From Candidatus Faecicola pullistercoris (GTDB lineage Bacteria; Bacillota; Clostridia; Christensenellales; CAG-917): a stretch of DNA of 64,000 bases. The stretch spans positions 63,900 to 127,899 of the forward strand of contig DVNW01000021.1 in NCBI GenBank assembly GCA_018714105.1. Direction: 5' to 3'. The position numbers and the translations under genes were made by a program. Shown here piece after piece: positions 7,906 to 15,328 of this stretch; within the stretch, counting starts at the first letter, position 1, and every line of letters begins with the position of its first letter. Under the pieces are notes generated by a model, which ran no database searches, was not told the DNA's origin, and worked only from the letters and a program-made list of their open reading frames with translations.

Positions 7906-8391
7906 TCAAGAATAGACGTGCCATTTGGTGATTTTGTAGGAGTATTCGTGAGACGACCAGGCGCGATAGCCCTTGTTGCTTTGCGCGTGCAAAAACGCCT
8001 CGTCTCCGGGGGCAAGCGTTACGAAACTTGCTTGGTCGCTTCCGAGCAGGTTGCCGTCCGCGTAGAAGTTGGCTTCAAACGAAACCTTTTTGGTGGTGTT
8101 TGAGGTGTTTTTGACCTTGACGACGACGATGGGGTACAGATTGTTGCCTATTATCGTGTAATAAGGATTTGTTACAAGATGTTCTTCCAGAATCTCGATT
8201 CCGCTCATACCGTTTCCGAACGATAAGGCGATTATTATGATTACCGCCACGACTGCAATCGCCACTATGATAAATTTCTTTCTGCCGCCGGAAATATTAT
8301 CTTTGGTCGGTTCGGAACAGGCGCCGAATTGCAAAGACTGCCAGTCTTTAATCATATCGTTAAGGTTATTGTTTATATTGTTTTCTTGCAT
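7906..8391 (-). CDS. single-pass membrane protein with small beta-rich ectodomain (FxLYD/DUF4352-like)
   Basis: Start at MQENNINN with RBS aggagg. TM helix FIIVAIAVVAVIIIIALSF. The C-terminal segment VVVKVKNTSNTTKKVSFEANFYADGNLLG resembles the FxLYD-type domain. It lies 52 nt upstream of the nuclease gene on the same strand. Confidence 0.55.
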   Translation of the reverse strand: MQENNINNNLNDMIKDWQSLQFGACSEPTKDNISGGRKKFIIVAIAVVAVIIIIALSFGNGMSGIEILEEHLVTNPYYTIIGNNLYPIVVVKVKNTSNTTKKVSFEANFYADGNLLGSDQASFVTLAPGDEAFLHAQSNKGYRAWSSHEYSYKITKWHVYS

Positions 8392-8500
8392 GTTGCACCT
8401 CCTGAGCCAATTATAACTTACTTCTCGGTGCTTTTTTGTCGCATTGGGGTAGCTAATATACAATTGTGTGACGATGCAGTAAGAACAAGGAGGAATTTTT

Positions 8501-9076
8501 ATGCATTTGACTGAACTTATAGAAAAATCATATATCGTTGCGGTAGACATCGGCAAAATCGTTCGTCATGGCAAAAGCAAAATATTGTATATAAGTGCCG
8601 TCAAGGTGTGCGGATGGAGAGCATGTAAAGATATTAAGTACGATAAACTGAATAATGTTGGAAGTTTTTATCGACGCATTTCCTATAGGCGCATATTCTG
8701 CGCCGGCGCAGACAGCAAAAAAACTCGTATAAATGTCGAGCACGGGGAATGTGATTTGCATACGGCATTATTAGGCTTCAAAAATTTTTTGGGCGATGCA
8801 ATTTTGGTTGGGTATGATTTCAAAAGGTTTGATTCCTTGTTGATCAGTTCAGGAAAAAAATATAAAATAGATTTTGACAATCGCAGGTTGGACACACTCG
8901 ACATTGCTAAAACGATGTTTAAAGACAAAGTAAAACTATATGATTTGTATTTTCTGCACCGTATGTGTTCGTGCAAATATATACAGCCCGATAATCTGTG
9001 TTATCCGGCAATTGCAACTGCGGAGTTGTTGGCAGGATTAGCTGTACGCGATGAGTATGTACATGATAATTACTGA
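8501..9076 (+). CDS. DnaQ/PolC-type (DEDD) 3'-5' exonuclease fold protein with degenerate active site
   Basis: RBS aggagg. YIVAVDIG..ISAVKV (Exo I, DxE reads DIG), GDAILVGYDFKRFDSLLI (Exo II, HN reads YD, FD kept), RLDTLDIAK, CYPAIATAELLAGL (Exo III, H reads Y and the Asp is missing). Confidence 0.6.
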   Translation: MHLTELIEKSYIVAVDIGKIVRHGKSKILYISAVKVCGWRACKDIKYDKLNNVGSFYRRISYRRIFCAGADSKKTRINVEHGECDLHTALLGFKNFLGDAILVGYDFKRFDSLLISSGKKYKIDFDNRRLDTLDIAKTMFKDKVKLYDLYFLHRMCSCKYIQPDNLCYPAIATAELLAGLAVRDEYVHDNY

Positions 9077-9248
9077 TTTTTATTTTTCGGGTTGCAGTTA
9101 TTCACGCTCGCATTGATTTATACCTTCGTTGCTCGGAGAAAACATTGAAAGAGGAAAAGACAGAGACTTGTATTTTCAGCGCTTTGTATTATAATTACAA
9201 TGAATTGCGCAATTACATTTAAATTGTCTTGATTTAAGGGGGATTCAG

Positions 9249-9470
9249 CGGTAAAGGAAAATATCTGACACGCAAAGCATTTGAAGGGACTCTTTACCTG
9301 CGGAAATATTTTTCAGGGGAAAAGCCGCCTTTTCGGACGCCGTAGGGCATTGTATAGCGGATTGTCTGAAACAATATGCGGAAGACCTGTATTCGGACGT
9401 CGAATTCGAGCAGAAATGAGCAAAGTACTCGCATGTGAGTCCCTTTACGAAAGAGTCGCTCTTGTACCGC
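9249..9470 (+). pseudogene. dead internal fragment of an asparagine synthetase (asnB-like) gene
   Basis: It aligns base for base with 18740-18962 of the intact asnB (222 vs 223 nt). There is one 1-nt deletion and a TGA in the original frame. Similarity stops abruptly at both ends. Confidence 0.85.
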
Positions 9471-9863
9471 TATTATTAAATTAACACGAAAGTGCGGAAC
9501 AGACGGAAAAAAGGAAACGCATATACCTGACTTACATATGCCTCAGCCGTAGCTACGTATATATTTGCTTATACAAATTATAATAGCGCGAGGTTTGCAC
9601 CTGGGATGTGAAAGCAAAGACAATATTACTTTGTTAAACAACAAACAGATTATAAACATCTCTGCTTGCAATTGTTTTTTATGTCGGCGGGGGAATATTA
9701 ATATTAAAACCTGAAAAATGTCGGAGATTCGGTAAAACATAAAAAGAGAATATAAAAATGATAATGCTATAATGAAATACGGGTAGCTTTTTCCGTAATA
9801 GCGATTTTCAAAATTGACGTTTGCTTGAAAGCTATGTTATTTCGGATTTTAACATATGGAGTG

Positions 9864-9892
9864 AAAAAACCGAGTGGACGTCTCGGTTTTTT
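9864..9892 (-). terminator. intrinsic terminator at the end of the minus-strand nitrogen operon
   Basis: aaaaaaccgag-tggacgt-ctcggtttttt immediately after the ANTAR gene stop. Confidence 0.75.
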
Positions 9893-9902
9893 GGTTATGC
9901 GG

Positions 9903-10487
9903 TTATTTATAGGTGTTTATGATGTTTCGGGCGATTTCGGATTTGGTGAGGCAGCGGTCCATGGCTTGCTTTTCGATATAGCGGTGGGCGTCCTCCTCGG
10001 ACATTTTAAGCACGTCTATCAGAAGCCATTTTGCGCGGTTTACGGTGCGGATTTCTTCCATTTTATCCTTTACGGACGATACGGTTTTTTCATAGCGTCT
10101 GAGGCGTTCGCGCGTGGCGCACACAAAGTCGAGCGCCTGCGCAACCATTTGAGGCGAAGTGGGTTTTGGCAGAGTCAGCACGCCGAATTCGCTTACTTTG
10201 GAATAGGTCTGCGGATAGACGTCCGCTTTTACGAATACGAGTGCTACCGAGTTTTTTTCGTTGCAGACGTCGATGGCGAGTTTTATGCCGAAGTCGTCGG
10301 GAAGGGGCGAGTTTACGATTACTATATCGTAGTCTCTTTCCAGCATGGCGCGCTTAGCCTGCGAGACCGAAAGTACGGTTTTGACGGGGAAAAAGCGGTT
10401 TTCGCGGAGTACCGACGACAGAGAAGAGGTAAACTTCTCCGTTGACGATACCGTTAAAACGCTGTAAATCCGCTCTTTGAGCGCCAT
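9903..10487 (-). CDS. ANTAR-domain RNA-binding antiterminator with pseudo-receiver domain
   Basis: C-terminal ANTAR pattern EEIRTVNRAKWLLIDVLKMSEEDAHRYIEKQAMDRCLTKSEIARNII. In the N-terminal CheY-like fold the DD pocket reads SS and the phospho-acceptor Asp reads Asn (DIVIVNSPLPDD). Confidence 0.8.
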   Translation of the reverse strand: MALKERIYSVLTVSSTEKFTSSLSSVLRENRFFPVKTVLSVSQAKRAMLERDYDIVIVNSPLPDDFGIKLAIDVCNEKNSVALVFVKADVYPQTYSKVSEFGVLTLPKPTSPQMVAQALDFVCATRERLRRYEKTVSSVKDKMEEIRTVNRAKWLLIDVLKMSEEDAHRYIEKQAMDRCLTKSEIARNIINTYK

Positions 10488-10500
10488 AGTTCCTCCGTTA

Positions 10501-11712
10501 TTAAAGTTTGCAGTAAATCTGAATTAAAGATTCGGGCAGACAACTTTTTACAAAGTCGCTGTCGGCCGCAATGCGTTTAGCCTCGGCAAGGGAAGCGGGC
10601 AGGGTTTTGAACCGTGCGGTTACGCTTTTGTCCGCCGCAAAAAGGTTTATGTCGGCGGGTTCGGGCAGTTCGGCGCGGCGTTCTATACCGTCGAGTCCCG
10701 CGTATATAAGCAATGCAAACGCAAGGTAGGGGTTGCATGCGGGGTCGGGAGAACGCAGTTCGGCGCGGCTGTACTCGCCCGTCGCCGCGGGAATGCGTAT
10801 GAGTTGCGAGCGGTTTTCGCCCGACCAGGATATATATTTAGGCGCCTTGTTGTTGCCGAGCCGTGAGTATGACGCTTCGGTAGGATTGAGAAACAGAGTA
10901 ATATCGGCAATCCTGTCGAGTATGCCCGCGATGACGTAAGGCATAAGCTGTTTGTTTTTGCCTTCTCCGGCGGAGATATTGATATGAAGGCCGTTGCCGG
11001 GCATGCTTTGCAAGGGCTTGGCCGAGAAATCGGCGTACAGACCGTTGCGCGCGGCAACCGTTCTGACTACCGATTTGAAAGTTACCGAATTGTCCGCCGC
11101 TACAAGAGGAGAGGAATATCTGAAATCGATTTCATTCTGTCCGGGGCCTTCCTCGTGGTGCGAGCTTTCGGGCATAATATCCATCTGTTCGAGAGTAAGG
11201 CATATTTCGCGTCTTACGTTTTCGCCCTTGTCCTCGGGCGCGATATCCATGTATCCGGCGTTGTCGTAAGGCACGGTTGTGGGCAGACCGTTTTCGTCGA
11301 GTCTGAAAAGGTAAAACTCCATTTCCGAGCCGAAGTTAAAAGAGTAACCCGCTTTTGCGGCGTCGCTTACGGCTTTGGCCAGTATGTTGCGGGTATCGTT
11401 TTCGAAAGGAGTGCCGTCGGGATAAGATACGTTGCAGTATAACCTTACCACTCTGCCGTGTTCGGGTCGCCACGGAAGCACGGACAGCGTGGAGGAATCG
11501 GGATGCAGAAAGAGGTCGGAATGTACTTCGCCTCCGAAACCTTTTATGGCCGAAGCGTCTATGGCAATGCCGTGCCTGAAAGCCCTTTCGAGTTCGGAGG
11601 GCATTATCGATACGTTTTTCTGAACGCCGAAGGGGTCGCAGAACGCAAGACGTATGAATTTGACGTCCTCTTCTTTTACGAATTGCATTACTTCTTTTGC
11701 CGTGTAATTCAT
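10501..11712 (-). CDS. glnA: glutamine synthetase, short type I-like form (403 aa)
   Basis: GS N-terminal beta-grasp (VKFIRLAFCDPFGVQKN) and catalytic domain (FGSEMEFYLF, HHEEGPGQNEIDF, NGLHINIS, RSPDPACNPYLAFA). Confidence 0.85.
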   Translation of the reverse strand: MNYTAKEVMQFVKEEDVKFIRLAFCDPFGVQKNVSIMPSELERAFRHGIAIDASAIKGFGGEVHSDLFLHPDSSTLSVLPWRPEHGRVVRLYCNVSYPDGTPFENDTRNILAKAVSDAAKAGYSFNFGSEMEFYLFRLDENGLPTTVPYDNAGYMDIAPEDKGENVRREICLTLEQMDIMPESSHHEEGPGQNEIDFRYSSPLVAADNSVTFKSVVRTVAARNGLYADFSAKPLQSMPGNGLHINISAGEGKNKQLMPYVIAGILDRIADITLFLNPTEASYSRLGNNKAPKYISWSGENRSQLIRIPAATGEYSRAELRSPDPACNPYLAFALLIYAGLDGIERRAELPEPADINLFAADKSVTARFKTLPASLAEAKRIAADSDFVKSCLPESLIQIYCKL

Positions 11713-11727
11713 AATATCACCTATATA

Positions 11728-12447
11728 TCAGTTTTCGACGTACATCTGTTTGTACGGGTTAGAGCTGTTTGGAGTAATTACGGTAAAACCGTCTTTCAGC
11801 AGTTCGGCTTCGTTGCAGCCGAAGAGCGCGCAATACTTGGCGACGTAAGGTTTTATCTCTTTAACGTCGGCAGGGGTAGCGGGGGCTGCGGTAACCTGCC
11901 CGGGAAAAACGATACCGGCCGAGTCGCCTCGCAAAAAAACTTTGCCGCCGTGCATTCCCGTACACGGGAAGTTTCCCACAATATTTCTGCCGTCGGTGTG
12001 CCTGCCCAGAACGATTATCAGGCCGCCCGCCTGATATTCGCCCAGAAAACTGCCGCACCTGCCGCCTATTACCATGACGGGCAGTTTGTCGCCGTATGCT
12101 TTCATGTGGATGCCTGCGCGGTAACCCGCGTTGCCCTTTACGAATATCTGTCCTCCGCGCATCGAGTATCCGGCGGCGTCGCCTACGTTTCCGTGTACGA
12201 TTATTTCGCCCGCGTTCATCGTGTCGCCCACGGCGTCCTGCGCGTTTGCGTGTACCGTTATGACGGCGCCGTTCAGATAGGCTCCGAGCGCGTTTCCGGG
12301 TATCCCGTCAATTTCCACCGTCTTATCGCTTAATCCCGCGCCGATAAACCGCTGTCCCAGACAGTGGGTTATCCGTACGGTATCGTCCGCCTTACGGATA
12401 GCTTCGTTTAAAAGACCTTCGGCGTAGTCTGTAACTTTTATTTCCAT
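11728..12447 (-). CDS. GXGXG-motif protein (glutamate synthase alpha-subunit C-terminal domain homologue)
   Basis: Repeated beta-helix pattern GNALGAYLNGAVITVHANAQDAVGDTMNAGEIIVHGNVGDAAGYSMRGGQIFVKGNAGYRAG. Confidence 0.8.
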   Translation of the reverse strand: MEIKVTDYAEGLLNEAIRKADDTVRITHCLGQRFIGAGLSDKTVEIDGIPGNALGAYLNGAVITVHANAQDAVGDTMNAGEIIVHGNVGDAAGYSMRGGQIFVKGNAGYRAGIHMKAYGDKLPVMVIGGRCGSFLGEYQAGGLIIVLGRHTDGRNIVGNFPCTGMHGGKVFLRGDSAGIVFPGQVTAAPATPADVKEIKPYVAKYCALFGCNEAELLKDGFTVITPNSSNPYKQMYVEN

Positions 12448-12500
12448 ATTATATCATACCTCGCGTGTTTTTATATTAATTTTGAAGCTGTTTTTTAAAA

Positions 12501-14006
12501 TTACTCGCCCGCGTGCGCTATGCCGAGTATCGACAGTTCCTTGTCGTTAAGGCCTATACCTCTCAGCATAAGCCTGTTGCCCCTGAGCGCCTCTATGGAA
12601 TTTATTCCCATGCCGCCCATCATTTCCATGATTTCTCTGCGCCATGCGGTGAGAAGATTGACAAGCCTTTCGCTGCCCGTACGTGAGTCGAGTCGTTTTA
12701 CAAGGTCGGGATGCTGGGTGGCAATGCCCCAGTTGCACTTTCCGCTCTGGCAGTTGCGGCACAAATGGCAGCCCATGGCGATAAGCGCGGCGGTAGCTAT
12801 ATAGCAGGCGTCCGCGCCCAGCGCAATGGCTTTGACCACGTCCGCGGCGTTTCTTATACTGCCGCCGGCTATAAGCGATACGTTGTTGCGTATTCCTTCT
12901 TCGCGAAGCCGTTTGTCAACCGCGGCAAGGGCCAGTTCTACGGGAATACCCACGTTGTCTCTGATTCTGGTAGGCGCGGCGCCCGTGCCGCCACGATAAC
13001 CGTCTACGGCGATAATATCCGCTCCGCTGCGGGCTATGCCGCTTGCAATCGCGGCTATGTTATGTACGGCCGCAACCTTTACGATAACGGGCTTTCTGTA
13101 TCCGGTAGCTTCTTTTAACGAATATACCAGCTGACGCAGGTCCTCTATCGAATATATGTCGTGATGCGGGGCGGGGGATATGGCGTCCGAACCCTCGGGT
13201 ATCATGCGTGTGCGCGATACGTCACCCACTATTTTGGAACCCGGCAGGTGCCCGCCTATGCCGGGCTTTGCTCCCTGTCCTATTTTGATTTCGATAGCCG
13301 CGCCCGTTTCGAGATAATCCTTATGCACGCCGAAACGGCCCGAGGCGACCTGAACCACGGTATTTTTGCCGTAGAGGTAAAAGTTCTCGTTCAGGCCGCC
13401 TTCGCCGGTATTGTAAAAGGTACCCAGTCTGGTGGCGGCTATGGCCAGACTTTCGTGCGCGTTATAGCTTATCGAGCCGTAGCTCATGGCCGAAAACATT
13501 ACGGGAAGGGACAGTTCCAGCTGAGGCGGAATTTCGCATTTTAAATTTCCGTTTTCGTCTCTTTGGGCAGAAGAGGGTTTTTTGCCCAGAAAAACCTTGG
13601 TTTCCATAGGCTCGCGCAGCGGATCTATCGAAGGATTGGTTACCTGCGACGCGTTAATCAGTATTTTGTCCCAATACACGGGTTGCGGGCAGGGATTGCC
13701 CATGGACGACAGCAGTACTCCGCCGCTGGCCGCCTGTTTGTAAATTTCCTTCACGGTTGCGTCGTTCCAGTTGGCGTTGTCTTTTAAATTGCAATTGCTT
13801 TTTACAATTTTAATAGCATGTACAGGGCATACGGCGACACACCTCTGACAGTTTACGCATGCAGTGTCGTCCGATATCATGACGTCGCCTTTCTGAGAAT
13901 ACGAATGCACGCCGTTTGAACACTCTTTTTCGCATATTCTGCATTTTGTACAGCGCAAATCGTTTCTTAAAACCTCGTATTCGGGATATATAAAATCAGC
14001 TTGCAT
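12501..14006 (-). CDS. glutamate synthase-related FMN-binding protein with N-terminal 2x[4Fe-4S] ferredoxin motifs
   Basis: CTKCRICEKEC and CVNCQRCVAVCP motifs, then the GltB FMN domain (GQGAKPGIGGHLPG, DGYRGGTGAAP, LIAGGSIRNAADV). Confidence 0.85.
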   Translation of the reverse strand: MQADFIYPEYEVLRNDLRCTKCRICEKECSNGVHSYSQKGDVMISDDTACVNCQRCVAVCPVHAIKIVKSNCNLKDNANWNDATVKEIYKQAASGGVLLSSMGNPCPQPVYWDKILINASQVTNPSIDPLREPMETKVFLGKKPSSAQRDENGNLKCEIPPQLELSLPVMFSAMSYGSISYNAHESLAIAATRLGTFYNTGEGGLNENFYLYGKNTVVQVASGRFGVHKDYLETGAAIEIKIGQGAKPGIGGHLPGSKIVGDVSRTRMIPEGSDAISPAPHHDIYSIEDLRQLVYSLKEATGYRKPVIVKVAAVHNIAAIASGIARSGADIIAVDGYRGGTGAAPTRIRDNVGIPVELALAAVDKRLREEGIRNNVSLIAGGSIRNAADVVKAIALGADACYIATAALIAMGCHLCRNCQSGKCNWGIATQHPDLVKRLDSRTGSERLVNLLTAWRREIMEMMGGMGINSIEALRGNRLMLRGIGLNDKELSILGIAHAGE

Positions 14007-15100
14007 TAATATTTACCTTCCTTTACCTTTACTATCACGGCTTCGCCGCCCTCGGGCGAGTATATTTCGCCGACTTCTTTTTCCATGGCGCGGATAGAGG
14101 CTTCTTCGCTGGAAACATAGACGACGTCGTCCTTTTCCGCCATTACCATGGAGCGCAGTTTGAGTCTGTCGTTAAGAGCCATAAGTCCGCCTTCGAAACC
14201 CAGCACTATGGAAAAAGGCCCCGTTATTAAAAGCCCCGAATATACAGTTCTCAGATAAGTCAGTATGCGTTTTTCCTCTTCCTGCTTGCGGCTTATCGTG
14301 GACCAGAACGGAGCGGCTATCACGGCGGCCGCTTCTTTCAGCGTCAGCTTTTGTCTTCGGGTAAGATAATCTATCGCGTAGGTGATTACCTCGGTATCCG
14401 TTTGAAGAGTGCATTTATAGCCGAACATTTCTATAAAGCGTCTGTTTGCGTCGTATGAGGATATCTCGCCGTTGTGCACTACCGAAAAGTCGAGCAGGCC
14501 GAAGGGGTGGGCGCCGCCCCACCAGCCAGGGGTATTGGTAGGGTATCGGCCGTGCGCCGTCCAGCAGTAGGCTTCGTATTCGTCCAGGCGGTAAAATTCG
14601 CCGACGTCCTCGGGATAGCCCACTGCCTTGAAAATGCCCATGTTTTTACCGCTGGAAACTATACAGGTTCCTTTAAACGTGCTGTTTATATGCATTACGG
14701 AGCGCGCTACGAATTCCCGCTCGTCCAGCTGAGCGGCGGCAAGCCGGGATTTCAGCGGCGCGAGAAAATAGCGGTATATTATAGGTTCGTCGGTGATAAG
14801 AGGCGTTTTTCTTACCGGTATGGGTTCGGCCTGTACTATTTCGTAACTGTCTTTCAGAAAGGCTTCGGTTTCCTTTCTGCAAAGCGTGTTTTCGAAAAAC
14901 ACGTGAAAAGCGTAAAACCGGGCGTATTCGGGATATATTCCGTATCCCGCAAAGCCGCCGCCCAGTCCGTTGGATCGCGCGTGCATGGGAATCATGCTTT
15001 TTATGATGCCCGAACCGTCCTGCCTGTTTCCTTCTCTTGAGATTACCGCCGATATAGCGCAACCCGAAGGTATTCTTACTTGTCCTTCTTTTAAGTTCAT
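14006..15100 (-). CDS. class II (Ntn) glutamine amidotransferase, GltB N-terminal domain homologue
   Basis: Start chosen at MNLKEGQVRIPSGCAIS. VVHNGEISSYDANRRF is typical of the GATase-2 family. Its stop overlaps the ATG of the downstream gene (TAATG). Confidence 0.75.
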   Translation of the reverse strand: MNLKEGQVRIPSGCAISAVISREGNRQDGSGIIKSMIPMHARSNGLGGGFAGYGIYPEYARFYAFHVFFENTLCRKETEAFLKDSYEIVQAEPIPVRKTPLITDEPIIYRYFLAPLKSRLAAAQLDEREFVARSVMHINSTFKGTCIVSSGKNMGIFKAVGYPEDVGEFYRLDEYEAYCWTAHGRYPTNTPGWWGGAHPFGLLDFSVVHNGEISSYDANRRFIEMFGYKCTLQTDTEVITYAIDYLTRRQKLTLKEAAAVIAAPFWSTISRKQEEEKRILTYLRTVYSGLLITGPFSIVLGFEGGLMALNDRLKLRSMVMAEKDDVVYVSSEEASIRAMEKEVGEIYSPEGGEAVIVKVKEGKY

Positions 15101-15125
15101 AACGTATTCCTTTGTAGGTTTTTGG

Positions 15126-15186
15126 TAATAAAAAAGCAAAGGCGCACTTTTCATAGAGTATATACTCCTGAAATGAACGCCTTTGC
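15126..15186 (-). promoter_or_regulatory. 5'-proximal leader hairpin plus U-run (terminator/attenuator-like) of the minus-strand nitrogen operon
   Basis: On the minus strand: gcaaaggcg-ttcat..gagta-ta-tactc..atgaa..-cgcctttgc followed by ttttttatta. It starts about 8 nt after the predicted TSS. Confidence 0.55.
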
Positions 15187-15199
15187 TCATTTGTTAAGG

Positions 15200-15228
15200 A
15201 TTATAGCATAAGAGGCAGGCGCTGTCAA
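15200..15228 (-). promoter_or_regulatory. consensus sigma-A promoter for the GATase/GltB/GlnA/ANTAR operon
   Basis: The minus strand reads TTGACA, a 17-nt spacer, then TATAAT (perfect consensus hexamers). Confidence 0.7.
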
Positions 15229-15282
15229 CAATCGCACAGGCTGCGCGGCGTAAAAATTTTTTAAAAAAATATCCGAAAACCG

Positions 15283-15312
15283 TTGACAAATCCAAAAAAG
15301 GTCTTGTATAAT
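15283..15312 (+). promoter_or_regulatory. near-consensus sigma-A promoter for glnN-asnB-pyrG
   Basis: TTGACA, an 18-nt spacer, then TATAAT. Confidence 0.65.
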
Positions 15313-15328
15313 TCCTAGCATAAAAAGG

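Larger units (their letters stand above)
4118..9863. mobile_element. putative AT-rich genomic island or island remnant adjacent to tRNA-Ala; no integrase recognisable
   Basis: It starts right after the tRNA 3'-end direct repeat. It is visibly more AT-rich than both flanks, its gene content is unrelated to the neighbours, and it ends with a dead asnB fragment and AT-rich non-coding DNA. Confidence 0.4.

Noticed and set aside
9281-9484. A 67-aa ORF in the AT-rich spacer.
   Set aside because: It is an out-of-frame reading of the dead asnB fragment. The same peptide ([15 protein letters not shown]...) appears as the spurious N-terminal extension of the pyrG ORF at 18854, which overlaps the real asnB 3' end.
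4118-9863. An integrase, transposase or other recombinase that would prove mobility of the island.
   Set aside because: I read all six frames in the ORF track and found no tyrosine or serine recombinase, DDE transposase or relaxase motifs. The mobile-element call is therefore kept at low confidence.
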